64,000 nucleotides of DNA from Camelus ferus (Eukaryota), in the NCBI RefSeq assembly GCF_009834535.1, contig NC_045698.1, forward strand, positions 7,628,001-7,692,000. Direction: 5' to 3'. The position numbers were made by a program, and so were the translations under genes. Shown here piece by piece: positions 1 through 12,040 of this stretch. The notes below the pieces were generated by a model that saw only the letters and a program-made list of their open reading frames with translations, searched no databases and had not been told where the DNA came from. How positions within the stretch are numbered: the stretch's first letter is position 1; every line of letters begins with the position of its first letter.

Positions 1-571
1 CAGTACAACTCACCCATAAGAAAGAAGGCTGTTTCGGCCATTTGGAACGGCTTCTAGTTTCTTAACGAAGGCAGACTTCCTCCCCGAGGCCTCATAGTCT
101 GAAGCTAACCTGCCTTTTTGTCTTCACTGTTTATCTGTCTGCCCTCTGTGTTTGGCTCACACTGGGCTGGTTTCCAGGCAGTGAACGTGGCCTGGGACTT
201 CCTGCCTCTGTGCCTCGAAACACACAGGTTGTTCTCTTCATGGGAAACGTTTCTGCGTTCCCATGCCATGCTCCTCCCACCTCTAACTGTTCAAGTCACG
301 TCCAGTTCTCAAACCCAGCCTGCACGCCAGCTCCTTCATAAAGCCACGTGCTCTCCCAAGCCCACAACTCAGTGGGATCACGCTGTCCCTCCCCTGCACC
401 GCTTTGTAAAATCCTCGCGACAGGCCTCATTTTCTGCCCCGTGTTCTACTTGGGTGTATTCCTGACCATCCTCCCGCGTGATCATGAAATTCTCAAGCAC
501 AACTTCTATGTCTTGTCCATCTTGTCATCTTCAATCTAGGATGGGTAGACAAGTAGTATAAAGATGAATGA

Positions 572-700
572 GGGGGGAGGGTATAGCTCGAGTGGTAGAG
601 CGCATGCCTAGTATCTTGGGCTCAACCCCCAGGACCTCCTCTAAAAATAAATAAACCTAATTACGTCCCTCCTCTCATCAAACCCCTCCCCCCCCAAAAA
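572..700 (+). mobile_element. tRNA-derived SINE, camelid Vic-1-like
   Basis: GGGGGGAGGGTATAGCTCGAGTGGTAGAGCGCATG head (A box), degenerate B box, AAATAAATAAACCTAATTA body and A-tail. TSD AAAGATGAATG at 560-570 and 700-710. Short internal deletion relative to the other copies here. Confidence 0.9.
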
Positions 701-2265
701 AAGATGAATGGGATAAAATAACAGGCCATGTTGAAAAACAGGGTCAAAAGTAGACCAAAAAAATTGAAGACAATACCCATTAAAAAATTAGAAACAGGAA
801 AGAGGAATCCAAATTGTGTCAGTTCTGGGACGACCCAGAGGAGAACGTGAAACTCTGGGTGGCAGAGACCCTGAGCGGGAGAAAGACTTCACTACTTCAC
901 CGGCTTGTGCAGCTGTATTTTAAAATAGAGGCTACTGAGGATGGAATTTAGCCTGAACATTCTGGAATATTTTCTTAAAGAAAAACATTGGATCTCTGGA
1001 GACAACTCCACTGAAGCTTTGCGTCGGAAAGCTGGCCGGATGGGGGTGGATTCTGAAGTCTTTTTACTCTGGAGTTAACTTGCTTTTGAGGTACTTTATA
1101 GAGTGTGTGAGAGCAGGGAGCGTTCAGCAGGGAGCAGGCTTCCGAGTGCAAATCTCCATCCTTAAAACCATCTGCTCTGAACACACATGGAAACCGTTAC
1201 GTGTGGACCCGCTGAAATACGCTAAAAGGAAAGGTGATTTACATCATCTCTCTCCTTCCCATTTGCTTTTTGGGCTGTCATTAGAGTGAGGAACCTAGTC
1301 AGAGATTAAAAGAAAATAAGAAAAACAAAAATATTACCTTCTCCTCCAAAATGCCTGCAAAGTAAGGGGAAAAAATACTTGCTTCTTATTACTGCAAGAG
1401 AAAACTGAGACTGAAGCCGCTAGCAATGTGAAATCTAGTGGGTACGTTTTTCCCCTAGTGACTCTCAAAGCAGTAATATTTCCCCTCTTTTCCTTTTCTT
1501 CCTTTTCCCTCTCCTTTGTTACACTCATGAGGCTTGCTGACAAGGACTGTGAAGAGGCTCTGTAATGATCCGCAGGCATCCCCAACACTGGGGGCACATT
1601 AAAATGCATCGAGGAGCCCTGTAAGTCGGGGAGGAGCATCACGGAGCTTTGTTCGCTCGCTGGGGAGTAAAATGTGCTGGTGTTCCTGGGGCTCTGAGTA
1701 GCAGCTCAGTGGAGAGGCGGGGACTTCATGTCCCTGGAGCCTCCCTGATGGTGTTGGATTTCTGGGGTGCCCCAGTGTCCCAGCTGTCAGAGGTTTCAGG
1801 GAGGATGGATGTCAACCTGGAGACATGGAGATAGGCTAGGACCTGCCTCTGTGCTGAGAAGGGGTGGTGGGTACCTGGAAGGACCTCCACCCACCCAGAT
1901 ACTAAGTGTCTTACGTCAGGTGCTAAGTGTCTCACATCAGGCTCCCCAGAAGCAGAGCCTGGGACAGAGACATTATGCAAGGGGTTAATTGAGGCAGGGG
2001 TGGAAGGATCAGGAGAGGACGGGTGGGGTGTGTGTGTGTTTGTGGGGAGCAAGTAAGAATGTGGCTCCCTTGGAGACCAGCCTGATTCCACGGGGAGCTC
2101 CAGAGCATGAACTTGTACCACACAGCTGGTCCCTTTAGAGGCAAGTGGGCTGGACTTTTGTATCACGCATGGTCACTGATCACTGGTCATGGGGTAGGGA
2201 CAGGACAACTTCTACTAGGGCAAGAAGAATGCCTTATGAGAGGGGCCAGTGGTGAGTTACCAGCC

Positions 2266-2687
2266 TGTATTAGTCCTCTCAGGCTGCCGTGACAAACTCC
2301 CACACACCGGGGCTTAAACAATAGACATTTATTGTATCATGCTCTGGAGGCCAGAAGACCAAAATCACGATGCCGGCAGGGTTGGTTCCGACTGAGGGCT
2401 GTGAGGGAAAGTCTGCTCCATGCCTCTCTCCTTGGCTTGCAGACGCCCTCTTCTCCCCGAGTCCCCTCATCTGTCTTCCCTCCATGCACACCTCTGTCCA
2501 AACAGGAGGAGGATCTTTCTATAAGAACATCTGTCATACTGGGTTAGCCGCCCTCCACCCTCCATGACTTCATTTTAACTTGATTACCTCTGGATGGACC
2601 CTATCTCTAATAGTCAGAAACATGAGGTGCTGGGGGTTAGAACTACACCATAGGAATTTTGGGGGTGGCACAATTCAACCCATAACA
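2266..2687 (-). mobile_element. MaLR solo LTR (MLT1A/B/C-like)
   Basis: TGTATTAGTC...GGCTGCCGTGACAAA at the left end and CACAATTCAACCCATAACA at the right end are typical MLT1 termini read in reverse. Confidence 0.85.
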
Positions 2688-3199
2688 CCAGCAAGCATTT
2701 TTCAGCAGCTGGGAGCTGGGTGCACCTACCAGCTGGGAAAGAGACCAGGGCAGGGCACCACCAGCTTCCACGCCTGAAAAGCAAGCACTCATAACCACTG
2801 GTTTCTTCTGGCACCTTCTTCTTCTCAAAGAGGGCTAAAGATTGTAAAACACCAAGATCTTAGCACAGAGTTGTTCTGGAAAAGCCCCCTGTCTGCACAA
2901 AGACACTGTGCCATGCAGGAAAGTGGAAAACCTGGGGAGAAGGCAGAAGTGAGGGGAAAGGAGAAAGCTTTTTTGGTAAGAAAAATGTATATTAAGTCTC
3001 ATGTCACATTATCAACATTTACAGCAGCAATATATTTACTGAAAACAATTGAGGATTTCTTCGAAGCTGTTTTTGCCTTAGGAGTTGTCAATGGAGAGGT
3101 ACAGTCGGAAATGTGTTTTAACAACTTTATAAAGAGTTCCTTTGTGTGGTTATGCTATCAACTGGATACCATTTAAGTTCACTCTGTTCATTTTAATTT

Positions 3200-5310
3200 T
3201 GATTTTCAGGGATTTTTTAAAAGTTAATTTTGTTTTATAACTAGGTTCTAAAATTAAATCTACATAATAAGATGTATTCAAAGAATACTATCTCCTCTAT
3301 TCTATTCCTTTTTCTTTCTATAGGCAACCACTAACATTAAAAAAACCCTCTTCTATCATTAAAAAATTTTTAATCAAATTTCTATATGTATTCACATCCC
3401 TTTTTTTCTTAGCCTACCATAATTACTATTATCCACCTTGATTTTTCCATTTGGTCATAAATCCTAGAGATCACTTCATAATGGAAATCTTCATTCATTT
3501 TTTTTAATAGCTGCATAGTACCCTAGTATTTTGGAGATGTACCCCAGTTAATTTACCCTTCAGCTACCTGATGGACATTTGGGTTATCCCAAGTTTTGTG
3601 CATTCTCACAAATAATGCTGCAATAAGTAGACTTTTGAGTACAGGGTTTCAAGTCTTTGTCAGTCAATCAAAGATTTGAAAACCTGTATTCAAGGGGCCA
3701 GTCCTTGGATTAGATCCAGAAGTGGGATGGCTAGACAGGGTAAAAGAGAAACACATGGTGTCAAATTTTGGATTTTTACCAATCCATTAATTCATTAGGT
3801 GTTGCAAAAAGGTGAAATTTAAACTCCATAATTCTTCATGCATTGGCTGGAACAGTTCAGTTAAGAGAAAGTTCCTTTTACCACCTCTTGGATTATACTG
3901 AAGGACAGTCCATGTAGGGAAGGTAGGATAGATGCTTGATTCTTCCTTTTTCCTCACTGATTTTCACAATCATGAGTTGGTTTGCAGGCATCTTCCAGAG
4001 AGAACAATGAAGACTTTTAATTTCTTGCCTGTATGTTTAATTATGAACATATGGATTTAACTATATTTGATGTGTTTCAGACCAATGGTATCTTGGAACA
4101 ATCTTAATTTGCATTTCCCTTATTATAAGTAATCTTTTCATTTGTTTAAAAGTCAGTCCATTTATTTTCCCATAAACCATCTATTCACATTTCCAGATTA
4201 ATTTCTGGTAGAGTTGTTGGCTTTTTTCTTATTTTTAGAAACTCTTTCCAAATTAGGTTCATTGCCTGTCTGATGTATGACATATTTCCCTTAGTGTCAT
4301 TTGTCTTTTTACTTTGCTTACGATTTTTTTTTTTGCCATAAAAGTGTTTTTCTTGTAATCAAATTAATCTTTTCACTTTTTGCGTTTAGATTTCAAGTCA
4401 CAATTAGGAAAGTTTTACTCACTCTGAGGGTAAAGGGGAATTAACCCATATTTTCTTCTAGCATCTTATTTTTTTTAACATTTAAACACATATCATTTGC
4501 TGATGTACTCCATCAGTAAAGATTCCATTTTACTTTTTCCATGATAGCTATGCAGTTATCCCATTGCCACGTATAAAAAAGTTCATCTTTTCCCTACTGG
4601 CTTAAGATGTAGTCTTCACTGTACACAAAATTTTTCATATTCATGTGAATTTATTTCTGGATTTTTTATACTGTTCCATGCTTGTCTGTTCATGAACCAA
4701 TACAAATCCTTTTAAATTAAAGACGCTTTAGGCTCTGTGATGCAATGGATAGCTCATTGAGCTTCTAAATTAAAGATGATTTATAGTGTGTTTTAGTATC
4801 TGCCAGCCACCCTCCCCTCTCCCCTATTCCTGTTATTTTTCAGGATGTTATGCTTGCTTGTTTGTTATTCCAAATGAACTCTACAATCAACCTCTCTGGC
4901 CCAGACAGAAAAACAGATTTTAAAATGTAGCTTGCATTAAATTTATACACTGGCTGATTGAGAAGTGATTCTGATTTTGATCCTGGGTCTTCCAACCCAA
5001 GAACATGGAACACCTTCCCATTTATTCAAGCCTATTTTTGTGTCTTTCAGGAGTGTTTTAACAATTTTCTTCGTATGGGTTTCAGACACTCCATTGTAAG
5101 ATTTATGCCTAAGTGTTTTCTTCTCTTTTTCACAATCATAAATGCAATCTTCTTTTATATCTTACTAGTTTTTTGTTTATTGTATATAATGGGTATTTAT
5201 TTTTCTTTGTTAATTGAAAAACATTTGCTACCTTATTAAATTATTTTATTATCCTAGTAGCTTTTCCTTTGATTCTTTTGAGTTTTCCAGATATGTAATC
5301 ATGAAGTGAA
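3200..5310 (-). mobile_element. Old, fragmented L1 (L1M/L1ME-type) ORF2 and 3' region
   Basis: T-rich tract with antisense L1 hallmarks: GATGGACATTTGGGTT, AATAATGCTGCAATAA, TTAATTTGCATTTCCCT, GATTCTTTTGAGTTTTCCAGATATGTAATCAT. Boundaries approximate. Confidence 0.75.
4731..4767 (+). pseudogene. Tailless retrocopy of the 5' half of tRNA-Arg(TCT)
   Basis: GGCTCTGTGATGCAATGGATAGCTCATTGAGCTTCTA matches 32/37 to the recalled mammalian tRNA-Arg-TCT 5' exon GGCTCTGTGGCGCAATGGATAGCGCATTGGACTTCTA. Flanked by 17-bp direct repeats at 4714-4730 and 4767-4783 (15/17 identical). No A-tail. Confidence 0.85.
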
Positions 5311-5853
5311 GATTTTTTTTTTTTTTGTACTAGCAACTTTGAAAAAATGTTTGAAATCTGAATCTTTAAGAAAGTATGCCTCTTAGGAAACACTGAATGG
5401 AATCAATGCAGTTACCACAACTTGCTGGCAGGTACTGGGAAAAATACATGCAAGGGAAGAAAAACAGAGCTTTTCAAGTACTCAGTCTGGCATCTGAGTT
5501 GTAAAGCTGGAGACAGCATTGCAGAAATGTGTACTTAACCGTCTCTCTCGCTCTCCTTTCTCTGAAGCTCCTCCTTCTGTCTCCCTTGCTCCACTTCCCT
5601 GTGCGTTAACACTTCCCACAGTGCAGAGCCAAGCATCTTTCTACCTTTTAAGGCTCTTCTTGTACCTGCTCTTTACTCCAGAGCCTGTGTCTCTTACTCA
5701 TTTTATCACTTTTTTTGGTCTTAAAAATATTACATAAAATATTTCACTATATACGTTTACAGTTTTGTTCTGAAAAAGACTGATTTTTGTGTCTAATGCA
5801 AAGCACACAATACATAGCTTAGCTTTTCTTGATGATCTTGGATAGTAAGAATA

Positions 5854-6009
5854 CAGTCGTTCCTCCATATCCTCGGAGGGGTTGGTTCCAGGAGCCCCCG
5901 AGGGTACCAAAATCCCAGGATGCTCTAGTTTCTTATATAAAACTGCCCAGTGCAAAGAATAACGTTGACCCTCCCTGTGTGCAGATTCAACACTGTGGAG
6001 GGTCGACTG
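5854..6009 (+). mobile_element. Tigger/MER2-family MITE, internally deleted
   Basis: Terminal inverted repeats CAGTCGTTCCTCC and GGAGGGTCGACTG, TA on the left flank, and the MER2-type motif TTGGTTCCAGGA...TACCAAAATCC...GGATGCTC. Confidence 0.8.
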
Positions 6010-6074
6010 TGATGGTGAAAATCTCCGTTTAGTAGACTGCTCCTATGTGCCAGATACTGTGCCAGGAACTCATC

Positions 6075-6420
6075 TTTTCACTCAAATGTTTATTAAGTGC
6101 CAGGCACCGTTCAAAGGGTTGTGGATAAAGTCCATGAATTCTCAGCCCTCACTGAGCTTACGGTCTAGGAAGAAAACAGAACATAAATGAAGGAAATCAA
6201 CAAAATACATAGGGCCTAATCTCAGCTCTTTTCTTCTCAGAAGTAGAGGTTGAGGCCAGAGTGGAGAGAATGTTCTCGTAAAAACATTGGCTTTTACCTG
6301 GCAGGAGATGGGAAGGCACTGGAGGGAGGTTTTGGGACAGAGGAATGATATAACATAATTGATATTTTCACCAGATCATGACAACGCTCCAAGGCAGTAA
6401 TTCAGGCTCAAGAAATGGGA
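6075..6420 (-). mobile_element. L2 LINE relic
   Basis: TTCACTCAAATGTTTATTAAGTGCCAGGCAC (antisense L2 3' end), GCCCTCACTGAGCTTACGGTCTAG and GGGAAGGCACTGGAGGGAGGTTTTG. Confidence 0.6.
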
Positions 6421-9400
6421 TAATGTCCTGATGGTCATACAGAGCGAAGCCAAGATTTACCCCCAGATGCCATTGCTCTGAGGTCCTCGCTTAATCTACT
6501 AGGGGTATTTCCTTCCAAATGTATTAATTGCAACATTTTTATTCTATGTGCCTTTTTTATGCCTCCTTTATGCCTACACATTTCTGCTTGATGGAGAGTT
6601 AAGCTGTGTTGGGTCTGTTTTCTTTCACTCATTCCAAAAATATTTATTTACTCCCTGCTGTGTGCATGGCACCGTAAATTCTATTGCAGGAAATAAAAGA
6701 GGTGGAAGACAAGGTCCATACTCCCAAGAAGTTTACAGACAAGCTCTAAAGAGAAGACAGGTTTGTATTTATTTAAATCCAATGATTTTTACTTTTTTTT
6801 GGGGGGGGGTCTTATTTTATTTACTCACCTAAGAGAACACTGTTATTTCCTTTTAAAGAAGCCCATCTGAGAACTGGAAGCAGACAAAATGTGGGGTTCC
6901 CTCTTCGATTTTATAGATTTTTGTCTTCCAGCTTGACTGTTCAGTTAGTGCATTAAAGGATGACTCCTTCCCTCTCCAACCCTAAGCCTTGCAAACCCGG
7001 TCTGTGATCAGAAGACCCAGCTGTGCACTTGCTATTTGTCGCCTCATTGCCAGGAATAAAGACACAGCAGCGATCCCTGCTCAACTGGCAATGCTGCCAG
7101 TGACACCTGAAGCCAAGTAAAACCCAGCTCAGCAGTTTGGTCATGGCTTAGCATCGGTCAGGGTGGTTCCTGGGCTGCCCCCACCCCCCACCCCAGGTCA
7201 GGTTCTGGGGGTCGGTTCTGTGGCAGTTGGCAGAAATATTCAATATGTGTCTTTGCTTTGACTGGGAGACACGACAAGGCTCATTGGCAATTGTTGAGTC
7301 AAGTGACCGTTCTGTTTACCTTTGGCCACCATATCAGTTATTTTCAGGACTCAAGAGCCCATCAGTCAAACCCCTGACCTTCCTGCTAGAGACTCAGGAA
7401 AGCATTACATTTAGGAGAACCAGTTTTGGATACAGACAGAGAACACAAGGATTGAGGATCGACCTCAGTTGCAATCTATGGACTGTGCAGTCTGCAAGAA
7501 ATGATTCATGAAGACACCTGATCTTCTAAATAACTCATGTGAACTTTATTTGGGTCTTGCAGAGGCCACAATGGGAGGTTGATAGAGTCGTAACTGGTCT
7601 CTGTGGCTCTTAAAATATCCCAGTTTAGAAAGCCCGCCCACATTCTGCTGGAGTTTGCCTCCCTGCGCCATGTGAACACACACTACCTCTTTAGGCTACA
7701 GATTAGGACACATCCATGTCCTGTTCTGGAAGTAAGGAATGACCTCCATCTTAGCTAACTTGGTCTCAGATAATGCATTCTGGGAAGCCAGTGGATCCCC
7801 ACACTGGTTTTCTGTAGCTATTCTTTAATGTTCTATAGTCCTGGAATTGCTACCCTTTGCTTATCACAGCTTCTTCTTACAGAGTGATGTAATCTATCCA
7901 TCCATCCATTCAAAGAATAAATGTTCCTTAAAAGCCTATTACATGCCAGGTGCTATGAAACCTAGCATCCACCCTTCCTCTTTGGGAGGCTGATGATTCA
8001 GGAGCTTCATATTTATGCCTTTTGCTTTTCTGTTTAAGTGTCTTTGATGTGATTTACACAAGGGAAAACTTCCAGGGAACTATGATGACTTTGCTGGTTA
8101 AGTTTCTGTATGCGAAAAAATCTCCAAGATTCAGTATTAGAAATTATTATGATGAGGAAGTCTTAGTTTATTTGTATGGAAAGATCTACTTACTAATGGT
8201 GAACTTGCCCCCACCGCCCCCTACACACACCAAAGGAATCAAGAAGATAGAAATGACTGTAAGGAAAATTACTGTTAATTTATTTTTTTAAAAAGTAAGT
8301 TGTTTGGACAAGTTCCTCTGGGCTACAAAAACATAAACAATATTGGGGTCAGTTTCTGAAATAAGACTCAAGATACCTGTTACATGAACTAGTTGAAAAT
8401 TTCCACCCAGAATAAAATACTGGAAACACGCAGAATTTAGCCTGCCACATAGTTTGCACCAATTATGAAAAAATCAGAATTCTTTTTTATTGGTAGTAGT
8501 TGAATTTAACTATGGATCTACCAAAAAGCATACAAGCATAAGAATCTAGTTTTTTTCCATTCTCATATCACTTTATTTGTCACTAAAAATGTTTTTTTAC
8601 TGTCAATTCCCACTTAGATTAAATTTTGTGTGTTTGCAAAGTGTGTATTCAAAGGAAAGTAGTATAGTAGATTGTGCTAATGGAAGGACATTGAGGCTTG
8701 GGATACTGGGTTCAGTGGCTAGTCTATTTACTACAACATCTCTTCCAATGAGAAGAGCCCCAGTTCTACCCCAAACCATCACCCACTTTCAGATTTCTTA
8801 TTACCTTTGTATGTGTGTGTCAGTGGCAATATAGTAGTGATAGAAGAAACAACAGAGCAGAACTAAATGCAGGGAAAATACCATTTTCCCCATTACACCA
8901 TCTCTGAAGTCAAGATGTTTCTTACATTTGATGCATCTTAGATTTGAGGAAATGTAGTTACCAGTTGCTGGCATGCAGGAGTCTTAATGCCGGCCAGTTG
9001 GTTGAATGCATTCATGTCTGTTTCAGCTTGGAATCCCTGCCGTCCCAGTAGAGTGTCTAACACACGCATAGCAGGCTCTCAAGTATTTATTACTGAAGGC
9101 AAATACTGAAGAAATATCACTGAAGAATTCTGGAAGACCAGGAACTTTGGAGAACGCTGGTAGCTAATTTAATCAGTGACAGTGGCATGCCCCTTTCAAG
9201 ATTAGATTGCCTCATCCAAATTCTTATTTATCAAATATGGTCTTTCATGCACTATCTGTGGCCTCTCCATTGAGCAGTGCAGAATCAAAGGTATCCGTGA
9301 AAGTGTTCCCAAGTCCCCTGCACTCTGAAAGTCTTGCAGTTACTCCCTTTGAGCTTTTGGAAGATCCCAAGTATGATGACCCCTGAGAAGCCAGCTCATT

Positions 9401-11289
9401 TCCAGGACCACTGACAGCGAGAAGACACCTTGGATTCTATCAAACCCAAGCATGGCATGGAGATGACTCCTAGGGGTCTTCAGGTTGTTGCCTCCTCAAA
9501 ATATCTTTTGAGTGCCTCTCATGTGCACTGGGGATGCATTGGTGAGCAAGGTAGATGAGGTCTCTGATCCAATGGAACTGATGTTCTAGACTGCTGGCAT
9601 TAGTGTGTGTAAAAGTGTTAGTGCAATGGCCAGCATTCAGTAGGTGTGCCATGAGTGTTAGTGTCCTGTCTTTCCTGATAGAGTTCACCTGCTAGAAAGG
9701 GCAGTGAAGCCCTGCATCTGCCCATCCACACTCTCAACTAGCTCTTCATCCCCTGGTATTGTTTTCTTGCAGCAAAACTTCTGCCTTGGTGAACTAGAAA
9801 AAGACATGTGGTTGCTACTAATGGGAGGCTAGCTTGAGGAAGCCACAGCAGACGTCCGTGCGTATTAGAGTCTAGGAAAGTGTTCCCAATCCTTTAAGAA
9901 AATCATTACTTGGCTCAGTGCAAGCTAATTGCATTTGTTCAGTCATTGTGAAAATGGATGCAGATGGGATGCAGAAGCTAAGAAATACCCCACTGGTAAA
10001 TCACAAATAAAGCCCCTTGCTCAGGGGACACTGTTGCCCGAGATGAGGTTTTCACCAAGAAGTGGGAAGTTGCTCAGTAAATTTCTCTTTCCTGCTTAAG
10101 TGACTCTTTTAATTAATTTTTACTGACCTACTCCTCCTTTCACACAAAAGGTGTGAACAGATAAAGCATTGGGCTTGTTGACAGTACCTTCCAAAGTCAA
10201 AGAGAAAAAGTGAGAGTGACAAATTTGTTCTGGCTTCGGTCTGGGACAAAGCTTTGTTGGGATCTGCAGCTTTGATGATGAGTGTGGTGGAGACAATCCT
10301 GTCCTGTTATCTCCTTATTTCTATGTTGGTGCGATAAGAGCTTACTTTTTGAGTAAAATGCCATGTTGGGGTTAATGACCCAAAAAAATGAGAATCAAAT
10401 TTTAATGGGAAAAAGTGTACAGCATTATGATAAAAACATGTGCGAGCTCTCTATTTAAGCGGGACAGGTTAAAACCCCAGCATAGATCTTCTATCTCTTA
10501 AAGCTGTCCTTTCTGTTGGTTTGGTAAATGATGCCATCTTGTTCTCTTTTCACTAGTAATTAAACACAAAGTTGTGGTGTCATTTTTGTTATTTGCTTCC
10601 ATGTGGTAGAAATTCTGATTGGTTTCAGAATTTGGGGACAGACATTAATCCTGATTATTAGAGGAGCAAATGTTCTAGAAAACTTGTTCACTAACCTTAT
10701 CTCCTCTATGGAAACTTAACAGTAGCCTGAAGAAAAATGTCCTATTGAAGGTCTAAGATTATTGCCTCAAGTTGCCCAATCTCCAGGACACACAAGCGTA
10801 TGGAGATTATTTGAGAAGGATGGGGTTAATAGTAGGCAGCTGGGAAGGAATAATATTGAGAGTCAAACATCTGGGCCAAGAACCCCCTGCCCAACCTGCC
10901 AGTTGGCTGGTCGACCAGTTGGTTAGTCAACCACGTAGGTGAAGGGACTTGCTGGAGTTGCCACAGCCAGTCAGTGCAGCACCGTGTTAAGAATCTAGGT
11001 CTCCCAAACTGGCCAGGGCTGTTTCCACCTTTAAGAGGGAACGTTATACTCACTCCTCTTAGATATCCTGCAGGTCCTGGAATGAAAGAACCTTGGAAGT
11101 CTCGTTAAATCTTACATTTGTTTGCAGGGCAGGTTTTATGAACTATATTCCATCTCCAGTGATTTGGTTTCCAGTTCCAAATAGAAAGTAAGGCAGACAT
11201 CAAGTTTCTCATGTTAGGACCAGGGGATCATGGGTTCTCATAGCTTCCTTAAGGTGCCAGGGCCTTCCATCAACAAAAAAAGGCTCTTT

Positions 11290-11884
11290 GCTATGATTAT
11301 GGAGAACGATAAACACGGCAGTGCAGATACTGCAGGCATCCTGTTTTCATTTCTTTTGGATACATACCCAGCAGCAGGATTTCCGACTCATATGGCAGCT
11401 CTATTTTTAATTTTTTGAGGGTAATATGGATGGTCCTAGAGGACATGTTGTTAGTGAAATAAATTAGACCGAGAAAGACAAATACTGTATGATGTCACTT
11501 ATATGTGGAATCTAAAAAAGCCAAACTCATAGAAACAGAATGGAATGGTGGTTACCAGGAGCTGGGGAATGGGAGAAATGGAGAGGATGCTGGTCAAAAA
11601 GTGCAGACTTCCGCTTAGAAGATGAGTGAGTTCTGGGGCTCTCATGCACAGCTGTGGTTACAGATAGCAATGCTGTGCCACTGGCAATACCTGAAAGTTA
11701 CTAAGAGAGTGGGTCTTAGACATTCTCATCACAGGGGGAAAAAAGAAATGCCATGATGGAGGTATTAGCTCCCACTGTGGGGTTCACCACATTGCAGTAT
11801 ATAAACGTATCAAATCAACACACTGTATTCCTTAAACTTACACAATGTTGTATGTCAATTATATCTCAGTAAAGTTGGAAAAAG
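11290..11884 (+). mobile_element. L1MA-type 3' end with 5' inversion
   Basis: 11425-11884 is a sense L1 3' end (GAAAGACAAATACTGTATGATGTCACTTATATGTGGAATCT...TCAATTATATCTCAGTAAAGTTGGAAAAA). 11290-11422 is an antisense ORF2-end piece (ATTTCTTTTGGATACATACCCAG...TTTTTTGAGG). Confidence 0.85.
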
Positions 11885-11942
11885 ACTTCATAACAATTTA
11901 TTGTAGCATCTGAAAGCACTGAGGCGAAGGCTCCTATGACTT

Positions 11943-12040
11943 GGGTAACTAACCATTCTAGTTTGCCTAGAATGAAGGAATTTCCCAGGAAACTGGAACT
12001 TTCCAGTGCTAAAACTGGGAAAATTCTAGACATCCTGGAA
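11943..12040. mobile_element. hAT-Blackjack MITE (MER81/MER94-like)
   Basis: GGGTAACTAACCATTCTAGTTTGCC...ACTTTCCAGTGCTAAAACTGGGAAA resembles the recalled consensus after CpG decay. Confidence 0.6.

Noticed and set aside
572..650. SINE heads as genuine tRNA genes
   Set aside because: Degenerate cloverleaf, followed by SINE body and A-tail, and flanked by TSDs.
1902..1941. 21-bp-period tandem duplication (two copies)
   Set aside because: Ordinary local slippage. There are only two units and no spacers, so it is not CRISPR-like.
10902..10931. 12-bp palindrome CTGGTCGACCAG in a GU-rich hairpin
   Set aside because: Short and part of degenerate TGGT/ACCA low-complexity sequence; palindromes of this length are expected by chance.
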